Below, in pieces: positions 37,880 through 48,156 of a DNA stretch of 48,206 bases (positions are counted from its first letter, which is position 1; each line of letters opens with the position of its first letter). The stretch spans positions 1 through 48,206 of the forward strand of contig DYON01000001.1 in assembly GCA_020720525.1 (NCBI GenBank). Reading direction: 5' to 3'. A program made the translations under genes and the position numbers. This stretch comes from Acetofilamentum sp. Its GTDB lineage: Bacteria; Bacteroidota; Bacteroidia; Bacteroidales; DTU049. The notes under the pieces are model-generated. The model made no database searches. It worked only from the letters and a program-made list of their open reading frames with translations, and was not told where the DNA came from.

Positions 37880-38974
37880 TTAAACATTAAACCTCACGTG
37901 GAGAATGTCTCCGTCTTGAACAATATAGGTTTTGCCTTCAACGCGCATTTTGCCAGCTTCTTTGCAAGCGGCTTCGGTTTTGTATTGAATCATATCGGTA
38001 TATGCAATCACTTCGGCGCGAATGAATCCACGTTCGAGGTCGCTGTGAATGGTTCCGGCAGCCACGGGAGCAGCCACACCACGTGGAATACTCCATGCGC
38101 GGTTTTCTTTGCCCCCAACGGTGAAAAACGAAATCAGATTTAGCAACGAGTAAGCAGCACGAGTGATTCGCTGCACGCCTGGCTCGGTGAGGCCTAGATC
38201 GGAAAGAAAATCGTTGCGGTCGGTCTCTTCGAGCTCGGCAATATCGGCTTCGGCTTTTCCAGCAACCACAATCACTTCGGTGTTTTCGCTTTTGACCGAT
38301 TCGGCAAAAGTGTTCGAATAAGCATTGCCCAATGCAGCTGAGCTATCATCGACATTGCAAACATAAAGCACTGGTTTTGCTGTAAGCAGATAGAGCTCGC
38401 GAATAAGTTTTTGATCGTCTTCGCTTAAATCGATAGTGCGAATATTTCCAAGATTTTCGAGTTGTTCTTTGAATTTCACCAAGCTATCGAAAGCGGGCTT
38501 TTGTGTTTTGTCGCCTGTTTTGAATGCTTTTTCAACTTTTTGAAGCTTCCGCTCAATTTGCTCAAGGTCTTTTACTTGCAGCTCGAAATCGATATTTTCT
38601 TTGTCGCGAACAGGATCTACTTTGCCATCCATGTGCGGAAGTTGAGGATCGTCGAAGCAACGAACCACATGCACTAGTGCGTCCACGTTTCTAACATCGT
38701 TCAGAAAAGTGTTGCCAATTCCTTCGCCTTGACCAGCTCCTTTTGCAAGACCAGGAATATCGACCAATTCAATTGTTGCTGGAATAACTTGCTCGGCCTT
38801 TATGAGCTTGTGAAGTTCGAGAAGCCGTGGGTCGGCAACTTCGGCTGTTCCTAAGTTGCTTTTGGTTGTACTAAATGCGAAATTGCTTACTTCGGCTTTT
38901 GCATCGGAAATGCAGTTGAAAATAGTTGTTTTCCCACTGTTAGTCAATCCAATAATGCCAACTTTCAATGCCAT
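37880..38974 (-). CDS. ychF: Ribosome-binding ATPase YchF
   Basis: 364 aa. P-loop GLTNSGKTT, DIPGL, and the C-terminal TGS/YchF signature GFIRAEVI...GKMRVEGKTYIVQDGDILHVRFNV. Confidence 0.93.
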   Translation of the reverse strand: MALKVGIIGLTNSGKTTIFNCISDAKAEVSNFAFSTTKSNLGTAEVADPRLLELHKLIKAEQVIPATIELVDIPGLAKGAGQGEGIGNTFLNDVRNVDALVHVVRCFDDPQLPHMDGKVDPVRDKENIDFELQVKDLEQIERKLQKVEKAFKTGDKTQKPAFDSLVKFKEQLENLGNIRTIDLSEDDQKLIRELYLLTAKPVLYVCNVDDSSAALGNAYSNTFAESVKSENTEVIVVAGKAEADIAELEETDRNDFLSDLGLTEPGVQRITRAAYSLLNLISFFTVGGKENRAWSIPRGVAAPVAAGTIHSDLERGFIRAEVIAYTDMIQYKTEAACKEAGKMRVEGKTYIVQDGDILHVRFNV

Positions 38975-38980
38975 AATATT

Positions 38981-40810
38981 TTAATTTAAAAAACTCCAAG
39001 TAACTCCAAAACGAAATGCGCGGTCGGGTAGGGGATAGCCGGGAACTAGCCAATAATTCACCTTGATAAGTCCAGCTGTTATATTTACTGCTTCAACAAA
39101 CACAACTGCTCTTTTTATTTGTGCACGGACAAACAAGGTAGGATAAATGAATCTACCTGTTTTGATTGTGTTTTGTACAACAAACGATTGTATCACAGGA
39201 TTGTAAGCATCGGCATAATACGATGCATTTATCCAAGTGCCGATGCCAGTTTGCAACGATAGCGCTTTTTTGAAAACACTGTTGTACATGGTAAGCTGTG
39301 CTTTTGCAAACCAATCGGGGAGATGAATATAGGAGGCGTTTTTGACATACTGATATCCAGCAGTTGCATTCAGACGAAAACGACCAAATCTGAAATCGGT
39401 TTGCCCCAAAATACCTGAAATATTTCCTTTTCCTCCTTGAACAAAATCGGCACCGTTGAAAAACAGTTCCTTGTCGGTGTTTGCATAAAAGACCGAAATG
39501 CTGCTTTTGCGATAGCCGAAGCCAGCAATAGCAAGCAGGGTTTTTGTTTGCACCCAACTGTGTTGCCATGCAATGTGGTTGCCCGAATATTGCGAATAGA
39601 AATAACTGGGTTGAATACTGCTGTAGCTCAATTTTCCAAAGGGTTTCCATTTGGTGGAGTCGGATGTGAGAAGTTCGAAATGAATATACCTGTCGGCATT
39701 GGAGTCGAGCGATGCATCCAACATTGTTTTTGCCGAAATGGTGTATTTTTTCGCAAGTGTTATTGCAAAACCAGCACTCAAAATGTCTTGCGTAAGGCTG
39801 CTGTCGGTTTCGAGATTGTACAACCGATCAATTGAATTAAAATAGCTGGCATACCAACGAAAATACTTGCCGTCTCTGTTTCCAACTATGAGTTTGTTTT
39901 CAATTGCCCGATGCGCAACCGAGTCGGTTGTGATGGTCGAATCGAGCAGTATTTGCTGATAATAGCCGCTTAATGGGTCGGAATCGTAATAAACATGGTA
40001 TTCGCTGCGGAAGTTGAAGGTGTGTTCAATAAAAATGCGCTTGTGATTGTCTTTTGAGCCAAAACGAAATTCGTTTATCAGGAAAAAGTCGTTTTGACGC
40101 ATTCGGTTTTGAGCTGTCAGAAGTTGAACCGAAGCCAATTGCCGGTCGTAAACCGTTGTGTCGATAAAATTGTTTGAATAGAGCAAACCACCGTTTTCTT
40201 GCTGAAAGATTTTGTTGAGAACAAGCCCTGCGGTGATTCGATATTTGTCCGATTTGGTTTTGTATTCGGTTGTGGCGAAAAAATGGCTTTGTTGAAGTTT
40301 TTGGTTTTTGTATGCTCCTGGCGAATTGTATAGCCTGTAATCGAGTGTGAGCCTCCATTGCCGCGCAATTGGTTGCGAGTGGATGAAGTCGAAATATTGC
40401 TCACGTTTGTATCCATTTGAATACGATGCAATCGAAAATGGAACTGAATCGGTAAAAAGTGGTATATTCTCTCGTGTAAACATATATTGGTTGGGGCGTT
40501 GCATAAAAGCAAAATGGTCGAATTGCAATTGATTGAATCGGTCGGGGAACCACAATATCTGATACGGAGAGCCAAAAATGCCAGTGTTTTGAGTAAATGC
40601 GACATCTTGAAGCGGGTCGAAACCTGTAAACGAGTTGATGTTGGTAGCAATAGGAACCGAAGCGGCATGCAGCCACATATCGGGCGAAAGGGTTTTGTAA
40701 AAAGCGTTGAGGGTATCGGAAACTAAGGTATCCTCAACTTCCTTTTCGTGCTGAGCAAAAGCAGCAAAAGGCAGCAACAAAGCAAAGAAGAAGATTATAC
40801 GGTAGTTCAT
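38981..40810 (-). CDS. Large outer-membrane beta-barrel ('putative porin'-type) protein
   Basis: 609 aa with signal peptide MNYRIIFFFALLLPFAAFAQ. Aromatic-rich alternating strands; the C-terminus is ...FRFGVTWSFLN. Its stop lies 6 nt before the ychF start. Confidence 0.75.
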   Translation of the reverse strand: MNYRIIFFFALLLPFAAFAQHEKEVEDTLVSDTLNAFYKTLSPDMWLHAASVPIATNINSFTGFDPLQDVAFTQNTGIFGSPYQILWFPDRFNQLQFDHFAFMQRPNQYMFTRENIPLFTDSVPFSIASYSNGYKREQYFDFIHSQPIARQWRLTLDYRLYNSPGAYKNQKLQQSHFFATTEYKTKSDKYRITAGLVLNKIFQQENGGLLYSNNFIDTTVYDRQLASVQLLTAQNRMRQNDFFLINEFRFGSKDNHKRIFIEHTFNFRSEYHVYYDSDPLSGYYQQILLDSTITTDSVAHRAIENKLIVGNRDGKYFRWYASYFNSIDRLYNLETDSSLTQDILSAGFAITLAKKYTISAKTMLDASLDSNADRYIHFELLTSDSTKWKPFGKLSYSSIQPSYFYSQYSGNHIAWQHSWVQTKTLLAIAGFGYRKSSISVFYANTDKELFFNGADFVQGGKGNISGILGQTDFRFGRFRLNATAGYQYVKNASYIHLPDWFAKAQLTMYNSVFKKALSLQTGIGTWINASYYADAYNPVIQSFVVQNTIKTGRFIYPTLFVRAQIKRAVVFVEAVNITAGLIKVNYWLVPGYPLPDRAFRFGVTWSFLN

Positions 40811-40860
40811 TCCTCAAAAATGAGTAGCAAAGGTACAAGGATTTTTCGGAAATGGCGATT

Positions 40861-42474
40861 CTACTCTCTCTTTAGGCTCCATCCAATTTTCGATTCCCAA
40901 CTTTTTTTCACTTGAATTGGCCTCGTAAGAGTAAATACTGTTTCAGGTTGAATGTTTGTTCTAAAATCGCCGGTAGTCCAATCGTTGTTGCCATCTAAGT
41001 CGGCAATAATCTTAAGATTGTAATCGCCTGGAATTAGGTTTTCGAGAATAATGTCGGCGGAATCGGCTCCAATAATAATTTTTCTGCTCATGGCTTTGCT
41101 TTCGGCAACTATGATGAGCTTTGTTGAAGGTCGGTTGGTAAATGTTAGATGAATCGAGCCCAAATCGTCGGGCCCAGCAATTTTGAATTTGAAAGCAGTG
41201 CTGTCGTTACCAAATCCAAAAAAATTCCGCAAAGCTCCTTTTTTGAATATGATATTGCAGTCGTCGCCAAGATTGAGCTCTGCCACAAGTTTCCAGCTGC
41301 GTCCTGAACTATCGATTTTCTGCCACACCGTTGGGATGGTATCGTTGTTGCGGCGGAAAATGATTTTCCCTGTATCGAGAGCCTCAATTGGAGCGAGAGA
41401 CGAAATGGTGAAAACTTCGGTAAATGGAATCAATTCGCCTCGAACATTCGATTGTAGCTTGTACGATGTGTCGGTGGCTGCTCTCAATCGTGTTTTAGCT
41501 TTCAGGTTTTGAGCAAGGGTGTCGGAAAAGGCACCATCGCGAACAATGTATTTCAATGTGTCTTCAACTGGATTTTTCACCCAAAATGTAAGCGTATCGT
41601 TGGTCTTGTTCCAGGTATATAGGGTTTTTTCGGAAGAAGTTAGAATTGAAATAGTTGGGTCTTTCATCGAAATGCGAAACGACGAGCGCACAGTTTGATA
41701 GCCTGCAATTTCTGTTTTTAAATGCTTTTGCTCTTTTGCGTTTTCAACGAACAAATACAGTTTCAATGAATCGTTTGTTGGGTTTTCGTCCGAAAGTTGA
41801 ATGGGCTCGGTTAGAAAGCCAATTTTTTCATCGGGCAAATCGAAGCGAAAATTCGAATTGTTATCTTCGATGGCACAAACATAGTAACTTCCAGGGGCAA
41901 CATTGCGGAACGAAAATGCGCCTTTTGAATCGCAATGCGCAATATAAAGGGGGATGGTGTCGGTGAAGTCGCTTCTTTTTCGAAAGAGTAGAACCCAAGC
42001 TTTTTCGGTGGCTAAATTTGTAAATGCATCGCCAGCAAATCCCATGGCCGAACAGCTATCGAGATATTTGCCAGTGGAAAAAACATAATTGAGTCCCGAA
42101 GCTTTGTTTCCCTCGGTAATGTCTTGAATTGCGTCGCCAAAAAAAATATGATATGTTGTGTTGGCAATAAGGGTGTCGTTGAGAGATATTTTCACTTTTT
42201 TACCCTGAACCGAAACTTCGGGTTTATTGATGGGAAAGGGATTTATTATTATCTGCGAAGTAGGATTGTTGAGTTTGACAAATTCGTCGAATTCAATAAT
42301 GATTTTCCGCGTATTAAATTGGGTGGAAGAGTCGGAAGGAACAGCAGAAACCATTTTTGGGGCATCAAAATCGCGCGGTCCACCATTTGGTTTTTCTACT
42401 GTGGCACAAGAGAAAACAAGCAGCAACACAAGTGCAGACAAAAAGGTGGTTCGCAAAATCGACATTGATTTCAT
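40861..42474 (-). CDS. Ig-like (Big_5/SbsA-type) domain lipoprotein
   Basis: 537 aa from ATG 42474 (MKSMSILRTTFLSALVLLLVFSC, lipobox). The N-terminal PNGGPRDFDAPKMVSAVPSDSSTQF...IIIEFDEFV is typical of Big_5 Ig-like lipoproteins. Lies 50 nt upstream of the porin gene. Confidence 0.75.
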   Translation of the reverse strand: MKSMSILRTTFLSALVLLLVFSCATVEKPNGGPRDFDAPKMVSAVPSDSSTQFNTRKIIIEFDEFVKLNNPTSQIIINPFPINKPEVSVQGKKVKISLNDTLIANTTYHIFFGDAIQDITEGNKASGLNYVFSTGKYLDSCSAMGFAGDAFTNLATEKAWVLLFRKRSDFTDTIPLYIAHCDSKGAFSFRNVAPGSYYVCAIEDNNSNFRFDLPDEKIGFLTEPIQLSDENPTNDSLKLYLFVENAKEQKHLKTEIAGYQTVRSSFRISMKDPTISILTSSEKTLYTWNKTNDTLTFWVKNPVEDTLKYIVRDGAFSDTLAQNLKAKTRLRAATDTSYKLQSNVRGELIPFTEVFTISSLAPIEALDTGKIIFRRNNDTIPTVWQKIDSSGRSWKLVAELNLGDDCNIIFKKGALRNFFGFGNDSTAFKFKIAGPDDLGSIHLTFTNRPSTKLIIVAESKAMSRKIIIGADSADIILENLIPGDYNLKIIADLDGNNDWTTGDFRTNIQPETVFTLTRPIQVKKSWESKIGWSLKRE

Positions 42475-42632
42475 TTTAGCTCCAAAATTACAATTATTTT
42501 CAGGCATCTTCGTTTTATTGTTTTGTGGGTTGATGAAGTGTGATGTATTTTGCGATAAAATAATAAATATTGTCGTTGAAAATTACTTATCAACATTCGG
42601 AGATGCTGGGTTTATAATGACTATTTTTGGGC

Positions 42633-44183
42633 ATGGAAGAAAGCAACGATAAAAAAACGACAAAACGAACTCCAAGAGTGTCTTCAGCAAAGACTTCGGT
42701 GATGGAGCACGGGCGCATTCCGCCACATGCTATCGATTTCGAGGAGGTGATTCTCGGAGCACTTATGCTAGAGCAGAATGCACTCAATACTGTAATCGAT
42801 ATTTTGCAACCCGATTCTTTTTATAAGGAAGCACATCGCTATATTTTTGAAGCAATTCAATCGTTGTTTTCAAGAAGCTCACCAATCGATTTGCTCACTG
42901 TTACTGAAGAATTAAAAAAACAAGGCAAGCTTGAAATCGTTGGAGGAGCTTACTATATCACATTTTTGACCAATCGAGTGGTTTCGAGTGCTAATATTGA
43001 GTATCATGCTCGAATTGTTGCACAAAAATATATTCAGCGTAAACTCATCGAAATATCGTCAGAGATTATCAACGACGCCTTCGAAGATAGTGCCGATGTA
43101 TTCGATTTGCTCGATAGTGCCGAAGATAAATTATTTCGCATCAACGAAGAAAACTTGCGTCGCAAAGCAGGAAGCATGCCTCAATTGCTGCGTTCGGCTC
43201 GCGATCTTATTGAAACTGCAGCCAAAAGCGACAACGCTTTTACTGGTGTTCCAAGCGGTTTTCAGAGCCTCGACAAGGTTACTGCCGGCTGGCAGCCTTC
43301 CGATCTTATCATTATTGCGGCTCGTCCAGGTATGGGAAAAACGGCTTTTGTGCTTTCGATGGCGCGCAATATGGCAGTTGAATACAAAAAGGCGATTGCT
43401 GTATTTTCGCTCGAAATGAGTGCTATTCAGCTTACAATGCGTCTTATTGCATCCGAAGCTCGCATTAGTAGCGAAAAACTTCGCAACGGCAAGCTCACTT
43501 CGATGGAATGGAAAAGCCTCAACGACAACATCGACAACTTGGCACAGGCTCCTTTGTTTATCGACGATACACCAGCTTTATCTATTTTCGAATTACGTGC
43601 AAAAGCTCGTAGGCTCAAGCAACAGCACGATATTCAATGCATTGTAATTGATTATTTGCAGCTGATGACTTCGAAAACTGATAAAAACACCAACCGAGAA
43701 GTTGAGATTGCCACTATTTCTCGTTCTTTGAAAGCATTGGCTAAAGAATTGAACATTCCTGTTATCACACTTTCGCAGCTAAGTCGTGAGGTAGAAAAGC
43801 GCCCCGGTTCAAAAAAACCACAACTTTCCGACCTCCGCGAATCGGGAGCTATTGAGCAAGATGCCGATATTGTAATGTTTATTTATCGACCCGAGTACTA
43901 TTTTAAAGAAGAAGACAACAATCAAGATGCTGAAATTCTAAAGAATAAAGCAGAACTACTTATCGAAAAGCATCGAAATGGAGCTTTAACAACGGTGAAT
44001 CTTCGTTTTGTTGGTGCGTTTGCGCGTTTTTACGAAGAAACCGATCCAAACTACTCCGATGCGGTTAATTATTTGTCTTCCATCGAAAACGAGAGCTTTG
44101 GGGGTTCGGTTACCGTGCCATCGCGTATGAACAATGAGCCACCCGAAGACCTGAGTATTCAGGATTCGAAAGATTTTGCATGA
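42633..44183 (+). CDS. dnaB: Replicative DNA helicase DnaB
   Basis: 516 aa from ATG 42633. N-terminal PPHAIDFEEVILGALMLE, Walker A ARPGMGKTAF, IDYLQLM, SQLSREVEKR, RESGAIEQDAD. Confidence 0.96.
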   Translation: MEESNDKKTTKRTPRVSSAKTSVMEHGRIPPHAIDFEEVILGALMLEQNALNTVIDILQPDSFYKEAHRYIFEAIQSLFSRSSPIDLLTVTEELKKQGKLEIVGGAYYITFLTNRVVSSANIEYHARIVAQKYIQRKLIEISSEIINDAFEDSADVFDLLDSAEDKLFRINEENLRRKAGSMPQLLRSARDLIETAAKSDNAFTGVPSGFQSLDKVTAGWQPSDLIIIAARPGMGKTAFVLSMARNMAVEYKKAIAVFSLEMSAIQLTMRLIASEARISSEKLRNGKLTSMEWKSLNDNIDNLAQAPLFIDDTPALSIFELRAKARRLKQQHDIQCIVIDYLQLMTSKTDKNTNREVEIATISRSLKALAKELNIPVITLSQLSREVEKRPGSKKPQLSDLRESGAIEQDADIVMFIYRPEYYFKEEDNNQDAEILKNKAELLIEKHRNGALTTVNLRFVGAFARFYEETDPNYSDAVNYLSSIENESFGGSVTVPSRMNNEPPEDLSIQDSKDFA

Positions 44184-44206
44184 TTTTTGACACAGGAGAC
44201 CCTGAT

Positions 44207-45469
44207 ATGTTCAAAAAATGGATTTTGTTTTTTTTGCTAATAGTTGTTTCATTGGGAGCAAGTGCTACTCATTTGTTGATACCGATGGACAATTCTCAGA
44301 AGAATCACCTTAAGGCTTATGGCATTACGTATTGGGTTTTGGACAACAATCAAGAAGCTGAGTGGCTACTCAATTATCGTGGCGGAAGCTTTTTATTTGG
44401 GTTTTCCAAAACCATTCAAGATGAATGCAACATACGTGGTGTAAGCGTTGATGTCATTTCCGATGCTCAAGCAATTTCTATTCGCGATCAGATTGCCGAG
44501 CCGTCGGTTAATATGGATATAATTAAGCTGTCGAAAGCACCCAAAGTTGCTGTTTATGCGCCTAAAACCAACTTGCCATGGGACGATGCCGTTACACTAG
44601 TGCTCACTTATGCCGAAATTCCGTACGATTTGATTTACGACGAAGAAGTTCTTACTGGAAGTTTGCCGAAATACGATTGGTTGCATTTGCATCACGAAGA
44701 TTTCACTGGTCAATATGGCAAGTTCTGGGCTAGTTATCAAAATGCCGAATGGTATAGAACCGAAGTAGCTGAAGCAGAAAAAATGGCAAAGGCTCTGGGT
44801 TTTTCAAAAGTTTCGCAAATGAAATTGGCTGTGGCAAAGAAAATTCGCGATTTTGTTGCAGGAGGCGGATATCTTTTTGCGATGTGCAGTGCTCCCGATA
44901 GCTACGATGTGGCTCTTGCAGCCGAAGGTGTCGATATTTGTGCTGCTCAGTTCGATGGCGATCCGATGGATTCACAGGCACAAAGTAAACTCGACTTTTC
45001 AAAGACCTTTGCTTTTGAGAATTTTACCATCGTAACCAATCCTTATGAATACGAAATTTCATCAATCGATGCGGGGTCGCAGCGAAGAAGCATTCGCAAA
45101 GACGAAGATTTTTTTGCTCTTTTTGAGTTTTCTGCCAAATGGGATCCTGTGCCAACTATGCTGTGTCAAGACCATGAGCGAATTATTACTGGTTTTATGG
45201 GCCAAACAACCGCCTTTAGAAACGATCAGATTAAATCGTCGGTGCTAATTATGGGCGAAAATAAAGCTATTGGCGAGGTTCGATATATTCATGGCGAATA
45301 TGGAAAAGGTACATGGACTTTTTTTGGTGGGCACGACCCCGAAGATTATACTCATTTTGTTTACGATCCTCCAACCGAACTCGATTTATTTCCAAACTCG
45401 CCAGGCTATCGGTTGATTCTGAATAACGTATTGTTTCCAGCTGCAAAGAAGAAAAAACAAAAGACATAG
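44207..45469 (+). CDS. Conserved secreted protein of unknown function
   Basis: 420 aa from ATG 44207 (MFKKWILFFLLIVVSLGASA). An alternative ATG at 44180 overlaps the dnaB stop as ATGA. I cannot assign a family with confidence. Confidence 0.75.
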   Translation: MFKKWILFFLLIVVSLGASATHLLIPMDNSQKNHLKAYGITYWVLDNNQEAEWLLNYRGGSFLFGFSKTIQDECNIRGVSVDVISDAQAISIRDQIAEPSVNMDIIKLSKAPKVAVYAPKTNLPWDDAVTLVLTYAEIPYDLIYDEEVLTGSLPKYDWLHLHHEDFTGQYGKFWASYQNAEWYRTEVAEAEKMAKALGFSKVSQMKLAVAKKIRDFVAGGGYLFAMCSAPDSYDVALAAEGVDICAAQFDGDPMDSQAQSKLDFSKTFAFENFTIVTNPYEYEISSIDAGSQRRSIRKDEDFFALFEFSAKWDPVPTMLCQDHERIITGFMGQTTAFRNDQIKSSVLIMGENKAIGEVRYIHGEYGKGTWTFFGGHDPEDYTHFVYDPPTELDLFPNSPGYRLILNNVLFPAAKKKKQKT

Positions 45470-45471
45470 AG

Positions 45472-45495
45472 ATTGTCTAAATTTTCATAGACAAT
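45472..45495 (+). terminator. Candidate terminator hairpin after the 44207..45469 gene
   Basis: ATTGTCTA-AATTTTCA-TAGACAAT: an 8-bp AT-rich stem starting 3 nt after the stop, with a weak T-tract (TCAATTATTCTT) downstream. Confidence 0.35.
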
Positions 45496-45699
45496 TCAAT
45501 TATTCTTGCGGCTAATGACATGAATGCTTATTTTCCTCATGTGCTGCAGATTACAAAAGCCAAAAGCCGTCATTCGATACATCCGCCAGTAGGCTGACAC
45601 TCAGTGTGACTTTTGGGGTTTGTCATTTGGTTTTAGGTTGCAAAGGTGCGCCTTTGTTGGTTGTCTCAAAATGACTGCCACAAAAAGCTTCGATAGTTA

Positions 45700-48156
45700 T
45701 TATCTTATCTGACCATCAGTTGATTGGGTAATGGCAGCGACAATTTTTTCCATGGCTTTGTCGATCTCTTTGTCGGTAAGTGTTTTTTCTTCGTTCATAA
45801 AGATGAAACTCACCGCATAACTTTTTTTGTCGTCGCCCAATTTTTTGTCGATATAAACATCGAACAAGCCAACGTCTTTCAGCAGTTTCTTTTCAGCCGA
45901 GCGTGCAGCTTGCGCAATCTGTGCAAATGTTATTTTCTGGTCGATTAGCAATGATAAATCGCGTCGCATCGATGGGAAACGAGATATTTCTTTGAAGCTG
46001 ACACTTGTTTTGCGCAGTTTTTTCAACAGCAAATCGAGGTTGATTTCGGCAAACCAGAATTCGTTGTCAACATCGGTTAGCTTGCAAATGGCTGGTTTAA
46101 CCACGCCAAACGAAGCTACAACATTGTTGCTGAGCATATACGATGCACCATATTCGAAAATAGCTGGAACACTATCGCTTATGCTGAGCCATTCCATCAA
46201 TCCCAGATGTTTGAAAAGGTTTTCGATGATCGATTTGAGATTGAAAAAGTCGGTTTTTTCGTTTTTGTAATTCCAGTTTTCGGGGCGAATGTTTCCTGTA
46301 AATCCGATTGAAAGCATGTTTTGCTCCGAAAAACGTTCCATTACAGGTTTTTCTTTGTCGCTGCTTTCAAGTTGGTATGTGCGTCCAATTTCATACAGCT
46401 TGAGATTGGGTGCGCTACGGTTGATGTTGTATGCAGCCGACAGCAACATGCCTGGCAGCATGCTTATTCGCATAGCGTTAAGCTCGCGACTAAGCGGATT
46501 TTGAACTTTTACAATTTTTTGGTTGTCGAAAGCTCCTGCATTCTCGAACCATTGCTGGCTGCTGAGCGAGTTGCACATAATTTCGTTGCATCCACCAACC
46601 GTTAGGAAATTGCTGATTCGTTGACCCAAATTGTGGAGACTCAGTTTGGTAACTGTGGGATAAATGGTATTTGCTTTTTCGGGTAAAGGTATGTTGTTGT
46701 ATCCAAAAATTCTCAAAATTTCTTCGTAAACATCAACATCGCGTACAACATCAACGCGGTTCATTGGAACTTGCATTGCAATGGTTTGTGTATTGCTCTG
46801 AGTGATATTGAAATCGAGGTCTTTCAAAATCTGTAACGCTTCGTTTGCCGGAATGGCAATGCCAGTAAATGTTTCGAGAGCTTCCAAGTTGATGCTAATC
46901 TCGTTTTTTTCAACTGGTTTTGGGTAAATATCTACAATATCGCTGCTGATACTGCATTCGGTAAGTTCAGAAAGCAAAAGTGCTGCGCGTTTCAAAGCAT
47001 AAATGGCAATTTCGGGATCGATTCCACGTTCGAAACGGAACGAAGCATCGGTGTGAAGACCATGACGTTTGGATGTTTTGCGAACATGAACGGGCGAAAA
47101 ACAAGCACTTTCAAGAAATACTCGCTCGGTACTCATACTTACACCGCTTGTGTTTCCTCCCAAAACGCCAGCAATACACATTCCTTTTTTGCTATCGCAA
47201 ATCATAAGGTCTTCGGCTCCCAACTTTCGTTCAACTCCGTCGAGAGTTACAAAAGGAGTTCCTTCTTTTTCGAATCGAACCACCACTTTTCCACCTTCAA
47301 TTTTGTCGAAATCGAAAGCGTGAAGTGGCTGACCTATTTCGAGCATTACAAACTGAGTAACATCGACCACCACATTGATTGGACGAAGTCCAACAGCTTT
47401 TAGGTAGTTTTGAAGCCACGAAGGACTTTCAGTAACTTTTAATCCAGTGAGAGTGAGTCCGCAATATCGGAAGCAAGCCTCGGGGTTGAGCAATTCTACA
47501 CTGGTTTCGAGAACTTCACTTCCACGAGCAAATTTCTCAACCGATGGCATTGATAGTGAAAGGTTGTTCATTTTGAGTCGCTGCCTAAGAGCCGCAAAAA
47601 CATCACGAGCAACACCGCTATGACACATAGCATCGCTGCGGTTTGGGGTGAGCCCAATCTCAAAAACAGTATCGGTGTTTATATTGTGAAGCTTTGCCGC
47701 TTCGGTTCCAACAGGAGTTGACGGGTTTAGAATCATAATACCATCGTGCGAATTACCTAAGCCAATTTCGTCTTCGGCGCAAATCATACCACTGCTTTCA
47801 ACACCCCGAAGCTTGGCTTTTTTTATGGTCAGCGATGAACCATCGGCCATATGTAACGTTGAGCCAGGCAGTGCCACCATTACTTTTTGTCCAGCCGCAA
47901 CATTTGCAGCACCGCACACAATTTGCAGTTTTTCATTTCCAGTATCAACTTGAGTTATACTTAAATGGTCCGACCCTTCCATTTTGTTGCATTCGAGTAT
48001 GTGCCCAACCACAACGCCTTTTAGGCTGCCTTTAATTTCTTCATAGGTTTCAACGCCTTCTACTTCTAAACCATTATCGGTAAGAATTTCGGAAATGGTG
48101 TTTTCCGCTAAGTCAATATTCAGATACTTTTTGAGCCAGTTGTACGAAATTTTCAT
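45700..48156 (-). CDS. pheT: Phenylalanine--tRNA ligase beta subunit
   Basis: 818 aa. N-terminal tRNA-binding OB domain (VVGHILECNKMEGSDHLSITQVDTG), B3/4 and B5 domains, and a C-terminal FDX-ACB domain. Confidence 0.95.
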   Translation of the reverse strand: MKISYNWLKKYLNIDLAENTISEILTDNGLEVEGVETYEEIKGSLKGVVVGHILECNKMEGSDHLSITQVDTGNEKLQIVCGAANVAAGQKVMVALPGSTLHMADGSSLTIKKAKLRGVESSGMICAEDEIGLGNSHDGIMILNPSTPVGTEAAKLHNINTDTVFEIGLTPNRSDAMCHSGVARDVFAALRQRLKMNNLSLSMPSVEKFARGSEVLETSVELLNPEACFRYCGLTLTGLKVTESPSWLQNYLKAVGLRPINVVVDVTQFVMLEIGQPLHAFDFDKIEGGKVVVRFEKEGTPFVTLDGVERKLGAEDLMICDSKKGMCIAGVLGGNTSGVSMSTERVFLESACFSPVHVRKTSKRHGLHTDASFRFERGIDPEIAIYALKRAALLLSELTECSISSDIVDIYPKPVEKNEISINLEALETFTGIAIPANEALQILKDLDFNITQSNTQTIAMQVPMNRVDVVRDVDVYEEILRIFGYNNIPLPEKANTIYPTVTKLSLHNLGQRISNFLTVGGCNEIMCNSLSSQQWFENAGAFDNQKIVKVQNPLSRELNAMRISMLPGMLLSAAYNINRSAPNLKLYEIGRTYQLESSDKEKPVMERFSEQNMLSIGFTGNIRPENWNYKNEKTDFFNLKSIIENLFKHLGLMEWLSISDSVPAIFEYGASYMLSNNVVASFGVVKPAICKLTDVDNEFWFAEINLDLLLKKLRKTSVSFKEISRFPSMRRDLSLLIDQKITFAQIAQAARSAEKKLLKDVGLFDVYIDKKLGDDKKSYAVSFIFMNEEKTLTDKEIDKAMEKIVAAITQSTDGQIR

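Noticed and set aside
42587-42629. DnaA-box-like TTATCAACA (42587-42595) and a TATTTTTG -7-like motif (42622-42629) just upstream of dnaB
   Set aside because: A single 9-mer with one mismatch to TTATCCACA is expected by chance several times in 48 kb, and I saw no cluster of boxes or AT-rich unwinding element. The -7-like motif overlaps the start region; it would put the transcription start past ATG 42633 and remove a conserved-looking basic N-terminus.
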